DNA of 64,000 nucleotides from Eledone cirrhosa (GCA_964016885.1 OZ024742.1:183768001-183832000), one strand, 5' to 3'. Positions 1 to 12,719 are shown, numbered from the stretch's first letter. The notes: generated by a model from the sequence alone, not told the origin. A program made the numbers and translations.

Positions 1-39
<39 letters not shown>

Positions 40-238
40 CGAAGGAAATGTGGTAAGGAACCAGGTGGACCATAACGCACCAAAGTACTCAATACTTAGG
101 GTAGTAGAGTGGGTAATAGGAACGAGTAGGACCCCGACGGCTGAGCTCAAGCCGTTTCGACGGCTAATTCTGTCCAGAATTGAGTCCAGAATTAGCTGTC
201 GAAACGGCTTGAGCTCAGCCGTCGGGGTCCTACTCGTT

Positions 239-243
<5 letters not shown>
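40..243. mobile_element. TA-tract-embedded repeat (family A) with a long inverted duplication and a hammerhead 3' half
   Basis: Arms ~116-177 and ~187-243 are near-perfect reverse complements. The right arm reads GAAAC-GGCT..AGCC-GTC. Related copies are at 7503-7580, ~21660-21715 and 46520-46620. Confidence 0.7.
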
Positions 244-273
<30 letters not shown>

Positions 274-289
274 GCACACGCGCGTCAAT

Positions 290-1060
290 TTATTGTGCAT
301 CACGCCGTAGGCCCAGTTCCCATAATCTTCTCTCCTTCTCCCTCCTTTTCTTCAGCGGTCCTTGCTTTTCCACTCTTTTTCCTCTCATTTATGGCTTTTA
401 TAGTCCTTTCCCATACAGCCAGATCTGCCCTTCTTTACCCCTTCTCCATTTTCTCATTACTGAATTTTGCTTGTATCTTTCTTTTTCATATTTATATAAT
501 CATCAATGGTTTTTAAGTCAACTTTGTGAATATTTGTAATTATATTTTGTCAAAATAAAACAAAACAAAGTGTTTCCATAATAATTTTAAAAAAAGCATT
601 TATATAAAGTATATCAATAGCACCTAAATAGATGCGGCGTGGTTCTTGATAAATATATTTGTAGCGTCAGATAAGACGACCAATATTTTCAAAATTATAC
701 ATCATAAAGTAAGAAGCATTCTTCCTACAATTGAAAAACCCTGGTTGTAACATTTCATTTAAATTATGCCGCTCATGTTCTTGAAAATATCTTTAAAGTT
801 GCACTATAGTCTTCTTCTCCTACCCCCACAAAAAAAAAGGGAAATACACAGTAACGGTACATTCGTATCCAGTCACAAAGAAACAAAAGGTTAAAATTAG
901 AATATGCTATTTCAAAACAATTTTGAATTAACAAACAACAAGTACTAATGAACGAACATATATATATTTCAATCGAAATACATAAGGCATCATTTTTCAC
1001 CCAATTATTTTCTTTTAACAGTGATTCATTTTTATTGATTGCTCTATTAACGAAGCCCAT
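290..1060 (-). mobile_element. Possible highly decayed hAT transposase C-terminal relic
   Basis: Minus-strand fragments FSIVGRMLLTL and KVDLKTIDDYINMKK weakly resemble the hAT dimerization region. The match is broken by frameshifts. Confidence 0.25.
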
Positions 1061-1342
1061 CGATACACAAGTGTTTATGCTTTTAAAAAGATCGTTATAT
1101 TTTGTATGAGACTAATTATTTCTTTTATATTACAGGCAAATAGCCATTGTTTATTTCTTTAGTAATAATATTCAATAATTTAAACCTGATTTTCAGTCTA
1201 GTCTTCGTACATTGAAATTCACTCCAATTCATTAGTTTTCAAAAGAAATGTTTAAATGTTTATTTTACATGTTCATATTAATTACATCAGATTTCATTCA
1301 GGAGATTCAAAGATTTATTTTATTGTTTGTTCTAAGAGCAAT

Positions 1343-1693
1343 GGTAAATTTCTTATAAAATGTTCATTTTATATAGGTAAAGGTAAATTTCTTTTAAAAC
1401 CTAAATTTTGCCACTGTAATGATAAACTTCCGATAAAGCCAATATTTAGCTCTGGTAATGGTAAATTTCTGATAAAACTTACATTTTACCCTGGTCGTGG
1501 TAAATTTCTTATAAAACCTACATTTTACCCCAGTTTTGGAAAATTTCTTATAAAACCTACATTTTACTCCAGTTTTGGCAAATCTCATATATAATATGAA
1601 TTTTGCCGTAATAGTGTTACATTTCTTATAAAACCTATATTTTGCCTTAGTAGTAGTAAATCTCTTATAAAACATACATTTTGCACTAGTAGT
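1343..1693. repeat. 39-bp minisatellite, 9 diverged copies without indels
   Basis: The unit is ~GGTAAATTTCTTATAAAACCTACATTTTACCCCAGTTTT and units start every 39 nt from 1343 to 1655. Confidence 0.9.
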
Positions 1694-1791
1694 ACCGATG
1701 TTGCTTTAATTTATCGATTTTGCAGGAATCGGCCAGGAAGCTGACGCATACCAGTTAAGATTTCTAGCTTGTCATTACTACTTCGGCGCCA

Positions 1792-1986
1792 AGAGTGGTG
1801 CGTTGGCAGTATCGGTAGAGGGCCGGATGCCATGTTTTGCAGCATAGAGTTACGGCCCTTTATGATCCGAGTTCAAATCCCGCCGAGGTTAACTTTGCCT
1901 TTCATCCTTACGGGGCCGATAAAATAAAGTACCAGTAATGCACTGGGATAATTGCTGGCCTTGTGCCAAAAGTAGAAACATTTATT
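1792..1986 (+). mobile_element. tRNA-derived Meta-domain SINE, full length, short-tail form
   Basis: A box TGGCAGTATCGG, B box GTTCAAATCC, central GCCGAGGTTAACTTTGCCTTTCATCCTTACGGGG..GATAAAATAAAGTACCAG, and 14-bp TSD TACTTCGGCGCCAA. Confidence 0.9.
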
Positions 1987-2144
1987 ACTTCGGCGCCAAA
2001 CTTACAAGTCTCCATGTCATATATATATATATAAGATACTAAAGAATTGTATTGGCTGTCTCCACGTAACGGTTTCTCAATGTTAAGTAAATGCTAACAT
2101 TTGGATAATTTTGATAATTAATAACAACATTTAAATCGTCATGA

Positions 2145-2285
2145 ATAAAAGCGTAGGTACGATTGTGTGGTTCCGGGTTCACTTCCAGTGTATGGTATCT
2201 TGGGTCAGTGTATGCTACTATAGCTTCCGGAAGATTATTGCCTCGTGTGCGAAATTCGGTAGACGGAAACTGCGGAAGCCCGTAC
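2145..2285 (+). mobile_element. CORE-type SINE ending GGTAGACGGAAACTG..AAGCCCGT before (TA)n
   Basis: B-box-like GGGTTCACTTCC and CORE-like CTTGGGTCAGTG. Inverted copies occur at ~30181-30290, ~37772-37880 and ~38580-38710. Confidence 0.65.
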
Positions 2286-2311
2286 ATATATATATATATA
2301 TATATATATAA

Positions 2312-2500
2312 TAAAAAATTGAACAGGGACAGAACAGAGAGGCAGTACGACAAATGTTTATTAGATTCACGCTCAGGAGAGTGGGGGGTAGGTGGAGGAC
2401 GACGTTTCGGGCATAAGCCCTTCTTCAGGTAAGAGTTCAAAAGGTGTGTAGGGGAGTGGTGGAGAGACATATAGCGAAAGGAAACGGTGCGAATGAAAAA
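2312..2500 (-). mobile_element. Penelope-like terminal fragment (family B) with minimal hammerhead core at 2398-2428
   Basis: Minus strand reads CTGAAGA-A-GGGC-TTAT-GCCC-GAAAC-GTC, followed by AATAAA. A second partial copy is at 32701-32790. Both adjoin TA tracts. Confidence 0.65.
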
Positions 2501-2547
2501 TTAACAAATAAAGACAAAAATATAATAAATAAAAAATAAAAATAAAG

Positions 2548-2617
<70 letters not shown>

Positions 2618-2623
2618 AGCCTT

Positions 2624-2706
2624 ACACACGCTGATGAACCATGGGCTAATCATTTCTGTCAACAACTTATTTAGCGAAACAGATCTTTTTGGATTTGTAC
2701 GTGTGT
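2624..2706 (+). ncRNA. Type I hammerhead ribozyme motif
   Basis: Stem I ACACACG/CGTGTGT, core CTGATGA (2631-2637), stem II GCTAA/TTAGC, GAAA (2676-2679), stem III ACAGATC/GATTTGT, cleavage triplet GTA (2697-2699). Confidence 0.75.
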
Positions 2707-2975
2707 GTTAGATAGTTATCGAGGTATGTATTTACACTTTAATTTATACTTTTAATTATTGTGTGTCTACTCTGCCTTCCATGGGCTATAGATTCCATAC
2801 ACTGGTGGTTTTTCCCTGTTTGATTGATGGCGCACTATCTCTTTCTAGTGTATTATCTTTTCAACATATTGTATTATAAAGAACTCGGGATTTCTTCTCC
2901 TTTGAATACATTACTGACAGGGAATAGTGAGAGTCTATGGCTCCGTTAATTTATCGTGATATATATAATATATAA

Positions 2976-3174
<199 letters not shown>

Positions 3175-3667
3175 TGCGTGTGTGTGCATGAGTGTGTGTG
3201 TGCATGAGTGTGTGTGTCTGTGTGTGCTTACATTTGTGTCTATGTCTATGTTTATGTCCCATAGCCACGTGTCAAAAAGAAGTATTGAAGTCGATATACT
3301 CGACGAAACCATTTTAAGGTGATTGAAATAAGCAAAGGTAATTAATAAACATAGGCGAATAAAACATTGTTAAACACTTTATAATTTCAACAAGTTGTTC
3401 TGCTTTATGTTAAAATCATAAACTTTAATTTTATGATAGATTGGAAGTGTGTTTACTGAAGTTAATTTAGGAATAAGACCAACAATTTTAGGGGAAGGGT
3501 AAGTCAATTAAATCGACCCCAGATCGTTTCTGATGCTTTCTTTTATCGACCCCGGAAGGATGAAAAGCAAAAGTGAACTCAGTGGGCTTTGAACATAGAT
3601 AAACAAAATAATGAAATACAATCTTATGTAATTTCTATATTTGCGAATTTATAAAATGAAATGAATA

Positions 3668-3980
3668 GTCGGCGAATTGGCAGAGTTGTGAGAACGTCAG
3701 ATAGAATACTTTGGGGTATTCATCCGACTTTCTCCGCTCTGTGTTCAAATTCTGTCAAAATCAGTTTTGCCTTTCATTCTGTCTAGGTCGATCAAAAGAA
3801 TACCTGTCCAGTACAGGGGTCAATTCTTCCTCTATATTTCTTTCTCATGCACCACCCTCCTCTCGCTCTCTTTCTCTGAAAGAAATCGGCTGTGTTCAGA
3901 CATGAAGAGGAACGGGCTCCTCCAGGTTTAAAGTGCCCACAAGATGCCGCATACCACTACAGCTTCCCTACAGCTCCATC
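3668..3980 (+). mobile_element. Older Meta-domain SINE variant with a long distinct 3' tail
   Basis: Degenerate head and Meta domain, then a tail containing CCAGGTTTAAAGTGCCCA. The same tail recurs at ~56365-56600 and ~57985-58260 (+), and ~33410-33730 and ~36985-37275 (-). Confidence 0.65.
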
Positions 3981-4616
3981 AACAGTTACGGGGCCACACA
4001 TACATACAAAATTAAATGAAAAAGGAAATTTACCGTTCACATTTATATAGGTTAAGTTGGCCACCTACGAAGTTGCAGCTAATGGGAGGTTTCTATAATG
4101 TTTAATGCAATATGAAATGAAGCGTTTGGATCAAGAACACAACAACCCATCCGGTCCAGGAATAGAAAGTACAAGCTTATGATCACGCCTTAACGATTTA
4201 TAAAATAAGGTCACGTTTACGTCATAAATAGTCTTAGAATAGGAGCACATACTTACATAACTACTTGAGCTACATAAATCTATCTCATATTGTTAATCAA
4301 ACATTTTAGTACATAATTTTAACTAGGTGCACCTTAAATGAACTCGATACTCTAAGCTGCAACCACTCTTTCTCTCCATTCCGTTTTTTTCCTTTCCTTC
4401 TATTACTATTTCTCTTTCTCTCTGGCTCTCTCACTTTCCTCTCTCCCTGTACACAAACACACAAACATATATATATACATATATGCATACACACGTAACA
4501 AACATACATACACACATACATATGAACGTGTACACATAGAGATGTGTACACATATGCACGCGAACTCTCATAACTCAGAACATATAAATCCACACGTGCA
4601 ATAACAGCCTCACTGT

Positions 4617-4693
<77 letters not shown>

Positions 4694-4790
4694 CATATAT
4701 TCTGTCTTGTATATATTACAAAATATCGTATGAGTATGCTCTGAAATATTATATTTTTCGCATTTAATTATCATTGAGTATTTATGGAAC

Positions 4791-4888
<98 letters not shown>

Positions 4889-5034
4889 ATGTGTGTGTGT
4901 ATGTGTCTGTGTCTCTCTCTATCTATCTGTCAACAAACCATACAAAACTCACCAATGGTGCATATTTGTGTACGCACGTGTGTGTTCTCAGCGGTGCGCT
5001 GTGTTCTTCAGCATGGTATTCCATACCATGTATA

Positions 5035-6235
5035 TTTATAGATGTGGGAATACTACTAAGAGGTATATTCTTGCTTTGCAAACCTCGAAAACGCGTATCA
5101 TCGTGTTTCCCCTGGACCTGTTGTGGAAGGTTCTGCGAGAATATGGGATGGGTGGTTAACTTCTTGTTACCCTAATGTCTCTATACGAATACCCAAGTAT
5201 TTGTGTTCGGATAAATGATGCTGAATGGAAACCATTCAATGTATGAATCGGACTCCACTTAGGGAGAATACTCTCACCTCTCCTGTTCATTATTTTTATG
5301 AATAGTATTGACATGCGTAGCCGGGTTGTAAGTGGTATCACGACTAATATGTGTAGAATCAGCTGGCTGGAATTTGTGAACGACATGGTATTACTTAACT
5401 CAACGGAAGGTAATCTGCCACTTGCACTTGATAGGTTTGATGCCACACACGGCATGGTTTGAATGTAAATCGGTGCTACGAAACCTGAGAAACTCACTGC
5501 CGCAAGGAAAATAGCGCAGTGCAGTGCCCTTTACATGTACATGGGGTTCAACTGAAGCAGTTGGAGAAGTTCAAGTATCTCAGGGCTGTGAGTGATGGAA
5601 AGCAAGAGGCTAAATTAAGGGTAGGAATTGCAGGAGCAAGTGCAGTAATACGCCAGCTTCAGGTTCCGGTAATCAGAAGAAGGCGGGTAGGTGTAAAACA
5701 AACTCGCTATCTTCAATTCGCTATTCGCGCCAACCCTTACCCATGGTCATGAATCTTGGATTAATGACCGAAAAATTAAGATCGTGAATACAAGCAGCCG
5801 AAATAGGGTTGCTCCAAAGGGTCTTTGGAGAAATGTTACTCGATAGAGTGCGTAGCTCGGAGATGAGAGTTTCTCCAGGTAGAGCCACTACTTCTCCGAA
5901 TTGAAATAGCATAGCTCTGATAGTATGAGAATGTCCAAGCAAAGAATCTCTGGATAGATTTTACGGGCAAAACCAGCCGTCAGGAGACCCAGGGGTAAAC
6001 CCCGAGCAAGGTAGTTGGATAACACCCATGAGCTTGACTGGTCTCGCTTGGGGATCCAGCCGGATCAGTTGGAGACGGTTGCTTCGGACAGGACCCGCTG
6101 AAAGAAGTGTTTGAAGACTCTTCCCCCATGACCCTCTCAGGAATAAGTGGACAAAGAAGAAGAAGAAGAAGAAGAAGAAGAAGAAGAAGAAGAAGAAGAA
6201 GAAGAAGAAGAAGAAGAAGAAGAAGAAGAAGAAGA
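5035..6235 (+). mobile_element. Decayed RTE-clade (Expander/Rex3-like) LINE: RT domain to 3' end with (GAA)n tail
   Basis: Interrupted frames give CFANLENAYHRV, LLWKVLREYG, ILSPLLFIIFM, LEFVNDMVLL, QLEKFKYL, YGHESW-MTEK and GRPRG. GAA run at ~6155-6235. Confidence 0.9.
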
Positions 6236-6284
6236 TTGGTATTCCATTGTTTGACGGTGGTTCAGCAACAACTATATACATGCA

Positions 6285-6334
<50 letters not shown>

Positions 6335-6346
6335 CATATATATATA

Positions 6347-6590
6347 TGTAGAAGTTATATTTAATTTGTTGGGATACAACAAGCTAAAATATTTGTATAA
6401 CTGATATAAAGCACTCACCAAATTATTGGAGTAAAAATACGATATATTAACAAATGGAAACTATATTTATAAAACCATATTTATTTCATTATACATATTT
6501 CAAGGGCCAACAAGGCAGATTATGGTGCGCTTTCATCAGATAAAATATAATACAGATTAGTTTTATAAATAAATATTGACATACCAACAC
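6347..6590 (-). mobile_element. TA-associated repeat family C containing a minimal hammerhead (6482-6547)
   Basis: Minus strand: TATTTTAT-CTGATGA-AAG..CTT-GAAA-TATGTAT-A-ATGAAATA. Homologous copies at 8797-8942, 12720-12850 and 26952-27150. Confidence 0.75.
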
Positions 6591-6652
6591 ACACATAAAT
6601 ATATATATGTGTGTGTGTATGGAGAGAGTGTGACATACCAACACACACACAC

Positions 6653-6717
<65 letters not shown>

Positions 6718-7069
6718 GAGAGAGAGAACGAATGAGAGAGTGAAAGAGAGAATGAGTGAGAGCGTGACAGTAAGAGAGAGAAGGTATGTTAGGGAGAAGA
6801 GAAACCGAAAGATGGGACAAAAAAAAAAAAAATGTCGTAGTTGTTGATAATAATTTAGATAAATATCGACCATACAGTTTTAGATGAAAGCGAAACCAAG
6901 GTTATTTTCTGATAAAGACGTTAGGCGGGTATAACGCTGAGACATAATAAACATCGCACGGCGAGCATATTAATAGATGTGGTGGTATTTAGGACAAGGA
7001 TATATGTTTAACAAGCATCAACGAACAACAGATGTGTATTACATGGCACACACAGTTTAGCTGATCTAG

Positions 7070-7093
7070 TTATATACGATATATATATATATA

Positions 7094-7147
<54 letters not shown>

Positions 7148-7217
7148 TGTGTGTGTGTGTGTATACATATATATATATGCGTATATATATATATACGTAT
7201 ATAAATAATATATATAC

Positions 7218-7253
<36 letters not shown>

Positions 7254-7261
7254 GTATATAC

Positions 7262-7304
<43 letters not shown>

Positions 7305-7309
7305 TATAT

Positions 7310-7370
<61 letters not shown>

Positions 7371-7420
7371 ATATTTATATATACACACACAAACATATAT
7401 ATATATATACACACACACAC

Positions 7421-7464
<44 letters not shown>

Positions 7465-7502
7465 TACATATATATATGTATATATATTATATATATATAC
7501 AT
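7070..7502. repeat. Compound (TA)n-rich microsatellite
   Basis: Interrupted TA with TG and CA runs. Confidence 0.95.
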
Positions 7503-7651
7503 AACAAAGAATTGTGGTAAGGAACCAGATGGACCATAACGCACTAGAGTACTCAATACTTTGGGTAGTAGAGTGGGAAATACTTTTTCCTATATATACA
7601 TATATATATATTAGATATATATATATATATATATATAGTAATAATAATAAT

Positions 7652-7712
7652 AAATTTGAAGATCCCGTTAAGGGTGAAAGCAGCGATTCTTTGCTTAAAC
7701 TTTAATTTGTTA

Positions 7713-7720
<8 letters not shown>
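7652..7720 (+). mobile_element. TA-embedded repeat family D, internally deleted copy
   Basis: GAAGATCCCGTTAAGGGTGAAAGCAGCGATTCTTTGC. The fuller copy is at 28785-28900, and partial copies are at 14015-14085, 29897-29922 and 61860-61930. Confidence 0.75.
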
Positions 7721-7750
<30 letters not shown>

Positions 7751-7807
7751 TATATTATATACATATATATATTATATATATATATATAATATATATGTAT
7801 ATATATA

Positions 7808-7932
7808 TTCTTGTTATTCTAGTGTATAATGTTGTATGTTTACTTGTATATCTTCCACACGGCTCAAATCCTTATTTCACAGTTTCGTATTCACTGCCAA
7901 GTTATATGTATGATATTTCGTTTCATTCTATT

Positions 7933-8020
<88 letters not shown>

Positions 8021-8029
8021 TTATATATT

Positions 8030-8122
<93 letters not shown>

Positions 8123-8385
8123 CATATAACTAGGCAGTGAATACGAAATTGTGAAACAAAGTTTGAGCCGTGTGGAAGATATACAAGTAAACATACAACA
8201 TTATACACTAGAATATGCTTTCCAGCATAGTTACGTCCCTTTACGATCTGAGTTCAATTCCCGCCGAGGTTAACTTTGCCTTTAATCCTTACGGGGTCGA
8301 TAAAATAAAGTACCAGTAATGTACTGGATTAATTGCTGGCCTTGTGTCAAAAGTAGAAACAATTATACACTAGAATAACAAGAAT
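7808..8385. repeat. ~100-bp inverted repeat flanking a (TA)n(TG)n spacer; right arm interrupted by a SINE
   Basis: 7808-7911 is the reverse complement of 8120-8215 plus 8378-8385, with a few mismatches. Confidence 0.85.
8216..8361 (+). mobile_element. 5'-truncated Meta-domain SINE with 16-bp TSD
   Basis: TSD ATTATACACTAGAATA at 8200-8215 and 8362-8377. Confidence 0.9.
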
Positions 8386-8429
8386 AACAAGCCTGACAGT
8401 TAATTCTAGTTCACTGCATTATTGTCATT

Positions 8430-8577
8430 TTGACGCATAGAGTTACGGCCCTTGCCATTCTGAGTTCAAATCCCGCCGAGGTTAACTTTGCCTTTCATCC
8501 GTACGGGGTCGATAAAATAAAGTACCAGTCATGCAGTGGGGTAATTTCTGGCCTTGTGCCAAACGTAGAAACAATTA
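8430..8577 (+). mobile_element. 5'-truncated Meta-domain SINE
   Basis: B box, Meta domain and GTAGAAACAATTA tail. Confidence 0.9.
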
Positions 8578-8796
8578 TATATATATATATGTATATATAT
8601 TTATTTGGGTTTGTTGGTTCACCACTGGATAGAACTGGTCATTCTGTGTGGTCAACCTCGATGTAATACTATGGAAAGCACTCAACGTAATGCAACTCAC
8701 CCGTCTTCGTTTGTGTAGTTGGTGGTGCAAGTACGGAGTTATATCTATCTATCTCTCTCTATATATATAATATATATATATATATACAAATATATG

Positions 8797-8942
8797 CAGA
8801 GATTATATTTAATTTGTTGGGATTCAACAAGCTTAAAAATGTTTATAACTGATATAAAGCACTCAACAATTGGTGGAGTAAATACTCAATATATAAAATA
8901 AATATGGTTTTATAAATATAGTTTCCATTTATTAATATATTG
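8797..8942 (-). mobile_element. Family C copy truncated before the hammerhead
   Basis: TTAATTTGTTGGGAT-CAACAAGC..ATAACTGATATAAAGCACTCA matches 6360-6420. The right part (TATGGTTTTATAAATATAGTTTCCATTT) is in the opposite orientation. Confidence 0.7.
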
Positions 8943-9040
<98 letters not shown>

Positions 9041-9161
9041 CATGTGCGGGTGCATAGGCTATATATATATATATATATATATATAAGCGATAAACTCATG
9101 TATTTGTTCCATGTACTGTACCGTTTATTTGATTATATTTGTTTTTTTCTGTTTACCTTTT

Positions 9162-9235
<74 letters not shown>

Positions 9236-9271
9236 ATATATATATATATGTGTGTGTGTGCGTGTGCGCGC

Positions 9272-9314
<43 letters not shown>

Positions 9315-9389
9315 ATTGTTTCTACTTTCGGCACAAGGCCAGCAGTGTGAGTGATAATAATCAGTCCATTTTATATAAATGCATATATT

Positions 9390-9421
<32 letters not shown>

Positions 9422-9639
9422 AGCGTGCTAAGCAAAGACACGTGCAGTATTGGTGCAACAATAGAGTGAAATGCTGTGTAAAAATACAAGAGACCGACTA
9501 TGAACCTGTCAAGTCACCAAGACATTAATCTCAACACAAGAAATACTGTATAGTTTACAACCAATGTTGTTGGAATAATTAGCGAGGTTTGCGTAAAAAA
9601 AATAATAATTATCACGACTGAAAATCATTCTAAGTATAA

Positions 9640-10562
9640 TATATAATTGTTTCTATTCTTACTATAATATATAATTGCTTCTACTTTGGGCACAAGACCA
9701 GCAACTTCTCCAGTGCATTACTGGTACTTTATTTTATCGATCTCCGTTAGGATGAAAGGCAAAATTAACTTTGGCGGGATTTGAACTTAGAACGTAAAGG
9801 AGCGTAGTTCTATGCCACGAATCATGGTGTCCGACGATCTACCGTTATTGCCAATGGATTGGCAGTATCGGTAGGGGGTCGGACGCCATGCTTTCCAGCA
9901 TAGTTACGTCCCTTTACGATCTGAGTTCAAATCCCACCGAGGTTGACTTTGCCTTTCATCCTTACGGGGTCGATAAAATAAAGTACCAGTAATGCACTGG
10001 GTAATTGCTGGCCTTGTGCCTAAAGTAGAAACAGTTATTGCCAATCCACCGTGTTCTGTGCCTGGTATATACAACCGTTTCTACTTTTGGCACAAGGCCA
10101 GCAATTACCCCAGTACATTACTGGTGCTTTATTTTGTCGACCTTGTAAGGACGAAAGACAAAGTTGAACTCAGAACGTAAATGGCCATAACTCTATGCTG
10201 CAAATCATGGTGTCTGACGCACTACCGATACTGCCAAACTACCACTCTCTAATATATAATTGTTTCTACTTTTGGCACAAGGCCAGCAATCATGTCACTG
10301 TATTACTGGTACTTTATTCTATCGAATAAAGATGAAAGGCAAAGTTAACCTCGATAATATATAATTGTTTCTACGTTTGGCACAAGGCCAGCAAATTTCC
10401 CAGTGCATTACTGGTACTTTATTTTATCGACCGCGTAAGGATGAAAGTTAACCTCGGCGGGATTTGAACTCAGAATGGCAAAGGCCGTAACTCTATGCGT
10501 CAAAGCATGGCGTCCGACCCTCTACCGATACTGCCAAATCCACCACCTCGATAATATATAAT
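9640..10562. mobile_element. Cluster of five Meta-domain SINEs: four on minus, one plus copy (9856-10033) nested in a minus copy
   Basis: TSD GTTATTGCCAAT at 9844-9855 and 10034-10045. CCTCGATAATATATAAT flanks the last copy. Confidence 0.9.
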
Positions 10563-10974
10563 GCGTAGTTGTATGTATAACATTTATGAAATGCTGTTGT
10601 TATTATTATGGCGTGTTAATAGTTGTGGAAGACGAAAGTTCCGCACCAAATAACTTGTCGAGGAAGTATGTTCAGAATTTTAGTTGAAATAAGAGTAATA
10701 GTAGTTACAATATTCACAGCAGCAGCAGTAGCAGTAGTAGTAGTCATAATGGTTGTTGTGATGGTGGTGATGGTGGTGGTAGTGGAGGACTTACATGTAT
10801 ATTTGTAATGTAGATTACAGTGTATGAATACTTATGCTTTTATCACATAGAAATAATATATATATATATATTTCATGATTTAGGTGCAAAGGCCAGCAAA
10901 AACAACAACAGCAACAATAACAACAACAATAACAGCAGCATCAACAGCAGCAATGCTGTTGCTGATGATGATAA

Positions 10975-11194
10975 TAATGATTTCTAGTATAGGCACAAGG
11001 CCAGTAATTTTGGGGAGGGGTAAGTCGATTAAATCGACCCCAGTACGTTACTGGTGCTTTATTTTATCGACCCCGTAAGGATGAGAGGCAAAGTTAATCT
11101 CGGCGGGATTTGAACTCAGAACGTAAAGGGCCATAATTCTGTGCTGCAAAGCATAGTGTCTGACGCTCTACCGATACTGCAAAACCCCCACCCT

Positions 11195-11195
<1 letters not shown>
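10975..11195 (-). mobile_element. Meta-domain SINE, long-tail form
   Basis: Contains the GTCGATTAAATCGAC hairpin segment that the short form lacks. Confidence 0.9.
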
Positions 11196-11225
<30 letters not shown>

Positions 11226-11379
11226 TAATAATGACAATAATATTAACATTAATAATGTTTTCTTTATTAACCACAAGGGTTTACATAAAGTAGACATTAA
11301 GGACAGTACAATGATAATGATGATAATAGACGTGTATGAAAGCATTTAGAAGAACCGATGAAATAGCATAAATAATTCT

Positions 11380-11560
11380 TTCAACGTTTGGCACAAGGCC
11401 AGCAAATATCCATTACATTACTGGTACTTTATTTTATCGACCCCGTAAGGATGAAAGGCAAAGTTAACCTCGGCGAGATTTGAACTCAGAATAGAAAGGG
11501 CCGTAACTCTATGCGTCAAAGCATGGCGTCCGACCCTCTACCGAAACTGCCAATCCACCA
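11380..11560 (-). mobile_element. Meta-domain SINE, short form
   Basis: Full head-to-tail match to the family. Confidence 0.9.
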
Positions 11561-12085
11561 CAATAGCATAATTAATGCTTTGTTGTCAGAAGATACGCAG
11601 CAAAGCAAACTGAGAATAATCCTGCATATATATATATACACTCACTATACATATTATACACGAATACACATATATACACAAGCACATAAACATGCCGACA
11701 TATACACATCGATACATATACACAAATACACGTGTAGATACATCACTATATATCTACATCGATGTGTGCGTGTGTGTGTATGTGTGTGTGACTGTGTGAG
11801 TGTGTGTGTGTGTGTGTGTGCGTATTTAGGCAGGCAGCAGACAGTAGTTGAAGAATTTCTAATTAAATATATCTTTGTGAATGAATATTATTTACCGATA
11901 TGTTTTCAATGTGTTTGTCTGATATAGTACACATATTTCAATGATATAGTACACATATTTAATTATATAAATATTTGTCAATATAAAATGACATTAAGAT
12001 ATTTGCAAGGAATGTATATAATATAATATATATTATATATACACACACATATATATATAACTGTGGTTTCCCCCCGATTTTACTT

Positions 12086-12670
<585 letters not shown>

Positions 12671-12719
12671 GTGTGTGTCTATAAGAGGTAACGGTTCAAG
12701 TTATCCAGGGATAACTTGG

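Noticed and set aside
1726-1791. Exon after the TTTTGCAG acceptor (GIGQEADAYQ...)
   Set aside because: The donor is weak, the frame is interrupted by a SINE, and no homology is recognised.
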